Positions 49,400-61,000 of a DNA stretch of 64,000 bases are shown here, piece by piece. Where the stretch lies: assembly GCF_964355755.1 (NCBI RefSeq), contig NC_092673.1, forward strand, positions 24,053,648 to 24,117,647, written 5' to 3'. The translations under genes and the position numbers were made by a program. Every line of letters begins with the position of its first letter. Position 1 is the stretch's first letter. This stretch comes from Antedon mediterranea (Eukaryota > Animalia > Echinodermata). The notes beneath the pieces were generated by a model. That model saw only the letters and a program-made list of their open reading frames with translations, was not told the DNA's origin and did not search any database.

Positions 49400-49857
49400 T
49401 GCAATAGACCTCATGCAGTAACACTACAGACAGGCCTACGCATTAAGGATCCGCGCGCTCCTTGTCATCTGACTATAAATAGACCTGAGGAAACGTACTC
49501 CTCCATTTCCATTTTACGCCCACAGTATCATCAAAGTAAAATCATTCTTGGTTCGTAGTTTGTTCGAAATTAATGTAAATTTCATGGCGCATTTCGTAAA
49601 AAAATGTAAAGAAACCGTAAAAACTGTAACATATCTGACGCGTTATAAATATAAATTGGAAACGGTTGTGAAACGCAATTGACATAGAATCGAACAGCGG
49701 AAGTTAAATAAGTGTATTTTTATCGTGCGACGACGACACGATCAGCAGATTATACGTATGGTGCTTGGCTAGCATTTTCTGTTTCGTATACAAACATATT
49801 TGCCTTTTTTGTCAGCGAATAGGTAAAGATATGATTTTGTCACCAAATACAACACTG
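49400..49857 (+). promoter_or_regulatory. Probable promoter / non-coding first exon of Roquin
   Basis: CpG-richer segment ending in a strong donor CTG|GTAAGT at 49857/8. The Roquin ATG exon has an acceptor at 57952, so it needs an upstream exon. Confidence 0.45.
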
Positions 49858-50276
49858 GTAAGTTGACCCCGTAAGTGGTCGTATATGAAGTGTACTCTCA
49901 GGCTCAGACATCATGACATGAACTTTATTATTGACTGAAGGCTAGGCCTATAGGCTAGTACTAGTAGTAGTAGGGCTGTATCTAGGGCCTAGCCAGGCCT
50001 AGCAGTGAGTTGAGGCTGGGGATAGGCTAGGTCTAGTGGCCTAGCAATGTATAGCAGGCCTGGTCTAGGTAGGCTAGACATTTCACACCTCCCCCTCCTA
50101 TAATAGAATAGGCTAGATATGAATGACGAGTGGGAAACGTTTGATGTTGCAGCAGTCAATATATGTCTGGATGTTAAGATCTCAATAACGGAAAGTTTAA
50201 ACCTTTTTGGAATTTATAAATCAAGTTACATCACCCATCAAGTTGCGATGTTGGCCTCCCCTTTCTTATCATTGAA

Positions 50277-52146
50277 CAGGCCCTTAGCCAGGGGGGGTTT
50301 TTATGGTTCGGGCGAACCCTCCCTTTACAGCGAACCCCCTTAACCGACTGCGAACCCCCATCCCCGATATGCCCAATACCGCACCCTCATCTCCGAAAAT
50401 CGTCCAAATACGTGCCCCACAGTACAAAAAGTTGTTCGTAAATTAAAAAATTTCGTAAACTCGTTCGGAATAACTCATACAGTACATTCTTCCCTGTATG
50501 AGCGTACATCGAGCGATATAGTCTGTAAAGAGTTGCAAATGAATTGCCGATTTTAACCTGAAAAATAAATGTTTGGTCCCTGCATGTAACATGATATTGA
50601 CGCGTCTCACACAGCGAGCTGGGGGACGAACGATTCGTACAAAGGACACCGCCAGACAACTGCGTACCAATTGTTTAGATCACTGGCAGTCAGGCAGCAT
50701 GCATAAAGTATATAGCCTTCCGACATACATCAGTATTTATGTGTGGCTATGAAGTATAATGTATCATAGAGGATTATAGTGAATATTAATATTTTACACA
50801 TAATATCTATGGTATCATGTACTGTAGTTCACATTATGGCATCCGATTATTTTTTTCTAGACCACCAGCCGATACGTACTCAAATGTATCAATATCACCT
50901 ATTTACATTGGCATATTTAATTTCCTCAACAAATTGCTGTAAATAAATATTATAGATAGAGCTATAATAAGAATTGCATTTGCCTTCACCCAGTGTGCTT
51001 TTTTCGGGGCTTCTCTTAAGCCCCTTTCTCACAGAGCTGAGTGCCAGGAATATTGCAGGAATATACCATTACCATGCCGGTATGGTTTTCTGTGAGAACG
51101 GGTCGTCTTGGCATCATGCCGGCACCATGCCGGCATCGACATGACCTGCTTTAGACCTAGTAATATTCTAGGGATATTCCCCGCAATGCCAGACGGGCAT
51201 TCTGTGAGAACGTAAACGCCGTTATATTCCGGGGTTCCCTGCCGAGACTTCAGACACCTTGCGCGGTCAAGTGTATCACTTTGGCGCCGATTCAATTCAA
51301 TTAACAATAATAATGTCGAACTGGAGGGATAATGAGATAAGAGAGCTGCTTAAAATAAGGGGACAAGAAGAAATTTGTAGCATAATCTATAGCAGGCCTA
51401 GGCCATATAGCTCTTTGTTGGTGCCTAACAACTAGCCTGACCCTTCGTCGCCTTGTAAATTGTACAGCCTTCTAAGGTGTTTTACAGATTGCCGATGACG
51501 GCTAATTAATTGCTGTAGGCCTACCTGTATAATATATGCACAATATACTGTACATAGCATGTATTGCATAAATATGCTATAAAGGAAGATAATAATCTGT
51601 AACCTAACATTCGCCGCCATATATCCCTAGACAAAAATAATAACAATAAAGAGACTTTTTATTGGCCGAATATGCCCGACTCCTTTCTCACAGAAAGCCG
51701 GTATATACCGGTTATTTCCGGCACGATAGTCCGATGAAAATGGGTATATGCCGGTAACGATACCGGCACGACGCCAGCACTGTACCGGTATATTGCAGAC
51801 ACATCGGTGAGAAAGGGGCTTTAGACGTATGTTCGCATTGAACTTGAACGCAAAACAAAATATCGAGTAAATGATCAAACAATCGGCGGTTCCGCACAGA
51901 GCACGCGCATCTAACATACGGCAACAAATGTTATCGTTTAAATAGTCCACGAGTCCAAGTACGATCGTTTTGCTCATTGGTAGCATGCTGCATGAGAGTG
52001 TCTTTTCTGGCCATCTAGGGGTGTCATTTAACAAAATTTGCTTCGCCTCAGGCCCCACCCCAGGGGGGGGGGGTAGGTATGGGGGTGGGGGTGACCCAAA
52101 TACTTAGTGTGCGAACCCCCCTTGACAGATCCTGGCTACGGCCCTG
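50277..52146. mobile_element. Non-autonomous DNA transposon with CAGG..CCTG ends (hAT-like termini)
   Basis: TIR CAGGCCCTTAGCCAGG / CCTGGCTACGGCCCTG, subterminal GCGAACCCC repeats, flanked by TTGAA on both sides. Confidence 0.7.
51018..51820 (+). mobile_element. Nested PIF/Harbinger deletion derivative with Myb/SANT gene remnant
   Basis: TTA|AGCCCCTTTCTCAC ... GTGAGAAAGGGGCT|TTA. From 51313 it reads MSNWRDNEIRELLKIRGQEEI, typical of the Harbinger Myb/trihelix protein N-terminus. Confidence 0.85.
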
Positions 52147-52606
52147 TTGAACTTTGTTGACTTTGTAGTTTTTCAATCTAGGTTAATTACAGTTAACCCC
52201 CTATAATAATTAATAGTATTAAGGGGAATACTTTTGGGACAAAAACAAATTCATACAAAGCTTTCAAATTCTAGACTATGTACACCATAGGTTACATTGT
52301 TAATTGTATTTTAGTACTGTAAAAGGTCCTATAATGTCTGATTTTTTACAAATATGAAGTGAGTCTAATTTTTAAAATTGACACAACATTTCAGATTTAA
52401 CAGTTCTTTTAATTTAAATTTTTTACCCTAAATTAAAATTATGTTTACTGTTAACCTTCATTTTGACAATGCTTACATTAAAATGCATAAAACCAGATGT
52501 TTATACTAACTTTATTGTTATGTTTCCCCAAAAAGTTGTCTTTTATACATTCTCCTTAATTTCAACATTGATTAATTTATATCAAAGCAAGGCTATCAAT
52601 AAGGTT

Positions 52607-52982
52607 GAGTGAGTGGCCGAGCGGTTAAGACAGTGGAACCGTAATTACGTAGCCATAACATCGGCAAGGGTTCGAGGCTCACTCGCTCCATGGTTCTGGT
52701 GGTAGAGCGAGTCTTCTCGGATAAGGACTATAAACCGTAGGTCCAGTGTACACATAGGTCATGCGCACTTTAAAGAACCTAGTACATCTTTCGAGATGAG
52801 TAGAGGGTTACCCCGGTGTACTAGTCCACACAAACACAGCCACTGTCACACACAGCCACTGTCACACACAGCCACTGTGCAAATTGGGACTGGACCGTTT
52901 TAGAGGTGTTTACGACCTGTTGGTCCAGATCCTTCACTAACTGAGTTAGTGAGAAGTCGAATAAATAAAAAAAAAAAAAAAA
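52607..52982 (+). mobile_element. Full-length tRNA-derived SINE with Deu/Nin-like core
   Basis: A box TGGCCGAGCGG and B box GGTTCGAGGC. The core TCTCGGATAAGGACTATAAACCG..TAAAGAACC..CCCCGGTG resembles the Deu domain. It ends in AATAAA + poly(A) and is flanked by an AAGGTT duplication. Confidence 0.85.
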
Positions 52983-54330
52983 AAGGTTACGAATTATGGA
53001 TGATACCGTTTTGGTATCTACTGGTGTCTGTTAATAAACATTTAAGGAATCCAATTAGCCAAAAGAAAATCAGTAGTAAAACGTTTAGAAGGCGGAGACT
53101 GATTGTTTTGAAACTAGAGGTAAAGCCTTTGATCTGGCAAAACTCAGCATCCTGTTGCCTTGGTCATGTATTTCCCCTTGTTTGTTTCATGGGAAAATGT
53201 CCCCTTGAAAGGTTCCGTCTGAAGGGTTTCTCAAAGGAAGCGTTATACTGTATGTCTGAACATGTCATTTTGACTTATCAGTTAGTTAAGTTTAATTTTG
53301 TATAAATATTTAAAAATCATGCCCAAAATCCAATTTTTCTTAAATTTATCGCAGTATTTACAGCAGATAGTATTCAGAAGAGACGTAACATTTCCAATTG
53401 AAACAGTTTTTTCCAAACCTAATTGTCAAAGTATGCACATTTTGTTTTTGTGTTTTTCATTTAATTTATCAAGTTATTAAAATTTCCAATTTATGAATGA
53501 ACAAAATTTGCCCCAAAATTTATAGTGTCCAAATTTTTTAGGCATTTTATTATTTGTCATAAAGTTATTATCAAAAAGATGATTAATCTATCCATTCACA
53601 AAGTTGGCCCCAAATGTTTGTCACAAACTACTAACTTGTATACAATACAAATCGGCAAATAGGATACTTTTTGTTTACAACTTCGATGACCTTTTCCCAT
53701 TACATTGTAGCTATTTATAGATGACCTTCAGTAACTTTGTTTATCATATTGTTGAGCAATACTATACAGTTTAAATGATAAAAATCAGTTTTTGGAACTA
53801 TCTTATTATAGTGTCAAGTCCGAAGTCGCAAGTAATACTACTTCGTTGTACTTTTTACTTGCCTTTACCAATAGTAAACTGTGTTTTTCTGTTTTTAAAA
53901 TTCCATAATTCAAATTGATTTGCAGGTAAATTTGAGTTTTGTTTACTGTTAGTTGTTTTTCAAATTTTATCTTAGTTGTCAAAATGTGTCTTATGTTATT
54001 TTAGTTAGTTCTACTGTAAACTGTTGTTATTTTAGTAAGCCATTTTATTATTGTTCATTTTCAAGAGCAAAACAAATGCTTTACTCCCTTAGTACTAGTA
54101 CAATTAGTAATTTACTAAATGTATTTATTTATTTTTATCAATTTTATTTTATCAATCTCATCATGGGAGTGTTTGGACACTTGACTTTCTTACAGAAAGA
54201 CCCGAGTTCAGGTGATGTATACAAAACAAAGGTTAAAGATCATATACAGTAAATATATATTTTAATGCACTGTAAAAATTCTATTAATAATTATGTCATA
54301 AAAACACCGTAATATCAATAGTAAAATAAA

Positions 54331-55940
54331 ACTAGAATTTAATTCGTCACTTTGACGAATTATAGGTGATCATTTTTATAATTTTACTAATACTTAATTT
54401 TTAAAGAAACATGCACGTACATTTAATATGACCGCAAAATATTGATTTATGCAATTCTATGACCTGATGGATAAATGCTTATGGTGCTGATTGGTACCTA
54501 TTAGTGTCATATAGAATATAATTATGCTCTATACTGTTACTGTATATATCTATATACAGTAAAAACATAGGTGAAAATTACTGGACCCACATTTTTGAAT
54601 TTTTTGGTATGATGACGTTATCAAAATAAGCTTGAAGTTGACAATTTCAAAAGATAATGAATTGAGCAACAAAATATAAGATTTGGAAACAAATTTGGCA
54701 TGTACAGGAGATGCGCAGTGCGCGCTCTTTGAAATTTTTATAAATTTGACGAAAGAGATGAAAAAACTACTTTTTAAATTTAACTGGCTATATCATAACG
54801 TCACAAATTCCAAAAAGCTTAATTTTTATATGAATTTATATCTACATTTCATCAGCTTTCATAATCAATTATAATCAACAAAGTCATTTTTAATTCTGAA
54901 AAGATGTGAGATATTTAAATATATGCTGATGGTCAAATTACACAAGCTACGTTATTAAAGTTTTTACGCGTGATGACGTCATCGGAATTAAAATAGTGGC
55001 AAGTCATGAGAAATTCAATTAATTGAGCAATCACATACTAAACTTTGAGCTAAAATTGGGCACAAAATAACAGAGAAGCATTCTATTGAATTTGATAAAA
55101 TATGAAGAAAGTGAACAAAAACTTAATTTTAAATTCAAGTGGCCATTTGATGACGTTACAACATTTTGTACGTAAAATGTGTACATAAATTCATATCTAC
55201 AACTCAATGGCTTCCAGAATAAGTTAAAAAAATTGGGGGTCATCGTGCATTCTTAAGAAATATTTTCATTTTAAAATTGCCTTATTTTTTACAATTTTCA
55301 GCACTTTTGTGCAATTAATTTGCGCATTTTGTCATTTATAACGTGCTCGTATAGCGTTGTTTTAAGTCGGAACTGACTCAAATTTGGTGAATATACTAAG
55401 GATGGTGAGTAGAATGCGATTTGTAAAAAAAAATCATATATTTTACGCTTTTTAAGTATTGCGCGCAATTTTTTTTTTTTGCGCAGTATTTTTTTTAAAC
55501 ACGCAAATGGCCTAATTCATGCTCTAAATTTATCAAAACTTAATTTTGAGCTTTTTAAATTTTTAACGCGCAATTTCACGCGCATGACCTTGAAACGTGC
55601 AAGTTTTTATTATTGTTCATTTTTACCTTTGACTTGAAGTTTATGTGTAGTGAATTTTATTTACATGTGATGATGAATTATGGAGATATGATTGATAATG
55701 TGATTTCACAAAATGCCGTATAAATGACGTCACGGATGAGTGATCACGCTGAAAAACTAACTACGACTAAACTAAATTATTTTTAATATATTTTGAAATT
55801 TTTGTGATTTATTGACATTTAACTTTTTGAGATAATTGACACACAAAATCTGTACAGAAAGAAATAAATAATATTAAAGATTTTGTACAATAACAATAGG
55901 TGATCATTTTGTGATCATTTAATTCTAAATGATCACCTAA
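54331..55940 (-). mobile_element. Helentron-associated non-autonomous element (HINE/DINE-1-like)
   Basis: Sub-TIR TAGGTGATC at 54363 and ~55897 with inverted GATCACCTA at 55931. Hairpin AATTCGTCA-CTT-TGACGAATT next to ACTAGA at the left end. No TSD; inserted in an A/T run. Confidence 0.7.
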
Positions 55941-58018
55941 ATATTTCTAGGTGGGAAAAGGAAAGTGATTGGCTGTCATACAGAAAGACCAGAGTTCAAT
56001 TCCATGTAATTAAATACTAGGAAGGATATGTACAGTCCAATTGTGTATACAAAACAAAAGTTGATGATGATCATTGATATGATATACAGTATTCATTCAA
56101 TGTTAAAATAAAATTACCAAAATAACAATATATACAGTTTAAAGTACTGTAAAAATTAATTACAAGATCGATTTCATTAATAATTATGTCATTAAATAAA
56201 CACCATTAATAGTAAAATAAAAATATTTGTAGGTGGGAAAAGGAAAGTGGTACTGACCAGCTTCAACTCCAATTTAGAAAGGGAAATGATTAACCTAGCT
56301 CACTATAAAGTTGTTTATTTCAGAATTGAATGTCCTACTGGTGTCAATCAATTGGCCTACTGTGGAGTATATTACTGTGTTCCCACATACTTTCTACTTT
56401 CTTTTAAGTTTAAAAGATGAGGTACACTGTACTGTAACTGTATTAAACGCTTCAATACTCACTAATAGTCAATAGGCCCATACGCCTATTCATGTTCATT
56501 GTTTTGGGTTTTCCCCAGTTACTATCTATAGAATAGTTTCAGAGTATCTACTGTTTAGTATCTGCGTCAAATCTATTCTCGATTTTATCGTAATATTGAC
56601 GAATGAAATATTGGTCAATTTTTATTCTTATGCAATTTTTGTACCTGCTTATTTTGAGATATTTACAATATGTGTCTACAGTTATACCAAACAAACGCAA
56701 TAAGTATCTGTATTTTTAACTCAATTTGTATTTTTTGTGCCCTCTTTTAACTTTTTATATGACATCTTGTTCTCAGTTTTATGTGATTTTATTCTTTTTT
56801 ACTGTTGGTGCGACAATGTTTTTAGACAATTTTAATGTGTGTACTTTCAGCCAAAGTTTCAAGCCATTCGTGAGTTTGTCAATAAAGTTTATTGAATTGA
56901 ATTGAACAGGCCCACCACTGCCGTCCTACAGTGAGTTTCCTGTCATAGTTACTATCTGTACCACCATTGGAAGATTTTATTGGTTTTTGAAACCAAATTT
57001 ACCTATAGTACTATGTTAATGGTCCACCATCAACTTCAAGTGTATGGAAGTTGAAGCCAATAAATTAAAGTGTTGATATTGTGATAGGATTTAATATTTT
57101 GACATATATTACTACACAGTACCGTATATTATACGTCATCAGGAACTCCGCATGACATAACCTACTGTAGGTCGACATAATTTATGTTGAAATTACATGT
57201 ACAGTATTTTGTTTTGTATGTAATATAAACTGTGCTTTCGTTCCACTTTGTATATAAAGTTTATTATTAAAAAATACCCTGTGTAATTATGAGTGTGGAC
57301 TTTATTACTGAGAAATACGCATTGTATACATGCATCTATTCTCTTGTAACTCCTTAGAATTGTGTGCAAAATATTAGATTACAGTACTCTTGTGAATTTG
57401 TTACTGTACTACGTGATGTTTTATTGCAGTAGCGTTCCCCAATGAATTTTTATTGTTGATGTTTAACATTACTTCAATATTTGAATTTTTTTTCACCCAT
57501 CTGAAGTTATTTGATTTATTATTTTACTCTACTGTAGGTGTATTGTCCCCCTGAAAAAATAACTGTAAAACATTTTATTGTATTGTCCAATTTATTGCTT
57601 ACCTTAGTGATGCTTACCTTAGTGACATAAGGAGGCAAAGAGTAATTTCTCGTATAGGCTGCCTCCTCTCATAGTGTTTATGTATTTGTCATATTTTTGT
57701 TTGAAAGTGTCAAGTGTTGGGCTTGAAACAATGTGATAAAGTAATCAATTCCATGTTTTTATGATATGTAAATCAAAGAAAGAAGCTGTACTAAAGGTAT
57801 TAAATCATGGTTTACACAGGTTAAAAGGATGGCCTCGTGTAAAAAGTAAAAAAAATCAGAAAAACAAACATTTTTAAGACCATGAACAATCTTATAAGTT
57901 TCAATCATGTCACCTCTATTGTAATGTTTAAATTGTTTTTGTTTTTACGCAGAGGGTTATCCCTATTCAAGACTTGTTTATCTACTGATAACTATGAGCA
58001 GAAGACAGAAGTAGCAAT

Positions 58019-61000
58019 ATGCCAGTTCAACCACCTCAATGGACGGACTTCCTCTCCTGTCCTATATGCTACACAGTGTTTAATGAAACCGTACACAAAC
58101 CCATAAGCTTAGCATGCGGCCACACAATGTGCAAGAAATGCCTGGCGACTCTCTGCAAGAAGCAGTGTCCATTTGACCAGGCTATGATACAACGAGATGT
58201 GGACGAGCTACCAGTGAACTTCGCCCTCTTGCAGTTGGTCGGGATCGAGATTTCATTGGAGAGGGATGTGGTGCCGTCTAACATTGTAGACCAGTATGTT
58301 AAACATTATGCAGCTGCCAAGAAATGTGTGGAGGAGTTAGCACTCTATTTGAAACCACTTGGAAAAGGTAGGTAGAATATACCAGTGTATTTTTACTCAA
58401 ATCAAAAAGTCCCTTATAGAATTGTTACCATCTTAAAAACAAAGGCTTACAGTCTAAATTTCTGTCTAAACTATCAAACTTTATGTGACAAAAAAATGTG
58501 ATGTGATGTCATATACCTACCATTGGGCATACCACTACCATATTTGGGCACACTTGTTTTGTCCAACTACTATGTAGACAGAGCTTAACAGTACAATGAC
58601 ATGGCCTATGAAATTACGTGGGATGTTTAATCTTCATACAACAATGTACTTTAAAAAGTTCACGTTGTCTTTTGAAACCTAGTCTGCATGCATTTGAAGA
58701 ATTTACTGGCCAAAACAGCCTGTAATTTTGAGGTTTTACAGGACATTGACCAGTACTAATAATCTTAAGCTCTGTCTACACTATCAAACTAGTTTGACAA
58801 AAAAGTGTGCCCAAATATGGTAGTGATATGCTCATATGGTAGTGATATGACATCATCATGTCCATAGACACATCACATTTTTTGTGACATAAAGTTTGAT
58901 AATTTAGACAAGGCTTAATACTGTCCAAATATCAACAGTATCTACAGTACCAATAAAACTAGCATACAGTAGGCTATTCCTTTCCTTTTTTAGGTTGTTC
59001 TACAAAATACTAACAAGTATTCATTGCCATTTTCAGTCATTTCAGAAGAGTTAAACACGACATGACAATACTGAACTGACAAGATTACAATCCTTATCAT
59101 ATTGTTCCATGTTTATGTGTATATAATATTTTCACAGTTTATAATCAATATAGAGTGGTACATTGTTTAACGTAACCAGCGAAAGGCCGATTTTGATTTT
59201 TTGTTACTTCTGTAAAATTCAGTAGAAAAAAATATTCTTCCAATAGATAATACAATCATACAAACAACATACACAATAGCATTATATTAAAGATGGTTGA
59301 TTAGTTTCAGTAATGCAATTTGAATAATAAAAACTTTATCACATACTGTACACTCATTTTGACAATTCATACAGTATATCGTCTATAGAAAAGGAAGTGG
59401 TTCAATGAACACCAATTACTTGATAAAGGAAGTTATACATTCACTGACTAATTGCTTTGAATACAAAAACTATATTTCCTAATCTTCATTTACATTGATA
59501 AATATATTGAGTATAACCTTGTTATATTGTCTGTAAGCCTACCTATTCAAATTTAATTCTTATAGGTTTTCCCTCTTTAAATGACGACTTTGTTGAAGTT
59601 TGACATTGACTTGTTATAGACGTATGCACTTTGCTGTATCTATTATAAAAAAACTTTGTTATTTAATTTAAGATTTCAAATAAGAAGGATATTATTATGT
59701 CTATACAATAATATAATTGTACTGTAGTTAAATTATTTTCCCCACAGTTGTAGTAAACAGTTAACACAAATAAGTTTAACTAAAAGGTAGATTCACTGTA
59801 CAATAGTACAGTACATAATATAATTTTATTTGTCAGTTGTCTAATATTAATGGTAAAGATTTCTATGTTAACAGTTGTATGTATTGTGCGATGTGAGAAC
59901 AATCATTTGTTTATCGGCGCTATATAAAAATAAGTTATTATTATTATTATTATTGCATGTATACAATTTATACAAAAGGTGGATTTACATTGTAGATTTT
60001 ATATTTTGTATATAAAATTAATGTCCAATTTGATTTAAAGCTTGGTTCGCAAGATAACTACAAAGTTTATATCTTTTGTATGAAATCTTTTAACATAAAA
60101 ACAATACTTTTTTGGTTGTGGGAAAGCTTCATCAATTACTTTAGATTTCAAAATTTAAATAAAAATAAATTAATTAATAAAACAAACAGAATATAATGAA
60201 ATAAATAGATAAGGAAATGTCAATTTCAAATCATTTTTAAATATTAATAAGTTATTTTTTGGAATAAAGTTTTATTTGTGCTATTTTTTCCTCCTCAAAC
60301 TGTATAAAGGTTATCCTGTACAAAAAAAAAAGAAAAACCCAAAATAGGACCGGTATGAGTGCAAATGGAATGACTTACTATTTCCTTACATTTTTGTAGT
60401 TCCTTGTTCCTTTTACCTATAGTCTATCATTCCTTGTTCCTTGTACATTTTCCAGGAAGTATAATTTTGAGGAGGAAGTCGAATGAGGATACGGTGTTCA
60501 TCAGAATAAAAGTCATTTGTGATTTGTCACTGTTCATATGTTTATTTTATTAGAGTTTAGCCTAATTCCATTTTGTGTATTTTTTAAAATCCTATTTTTA
60601 TCCTTTACTGTAGAGAGGTGATGCAAAAATATATTAACAACAGGTTTAAATGGTACATATTATATACTCTATCATTCCTTGTTCTTTGTACATTTTTCCA
60701 GGAAGTAAAACCTGAGGAGGAAGTCAAATGAGGATGCGGTGTCCATTAGAATAAGTCAGTTATGAGCTGTCAGACTGACTGACTAATCATTTCATATTTA
60801 TTTTTTTCCTTTATAATTTAAAGCCAGAGTCCCTGTTATTATTAAAACAAACACACAATATTGGGTTCAAAATTAAAGTTTATAAAAATAGAGTGTATAA
60901 TAATTTGAACATGTTATTTAAACCTGCCACAGGTGGAACAAGTATCGGAGCTTGTGTACTTAGTCGGCCAATGCAGAGGAAATTAGTAGCACTTCTGAAC

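Noticed and set aside
52607-52690. tRNA gene
   Set aside because: A/B boxes are present, but they run into a SINE core, poly(A) tail and TSD, and the cloverleaf is not convincing.
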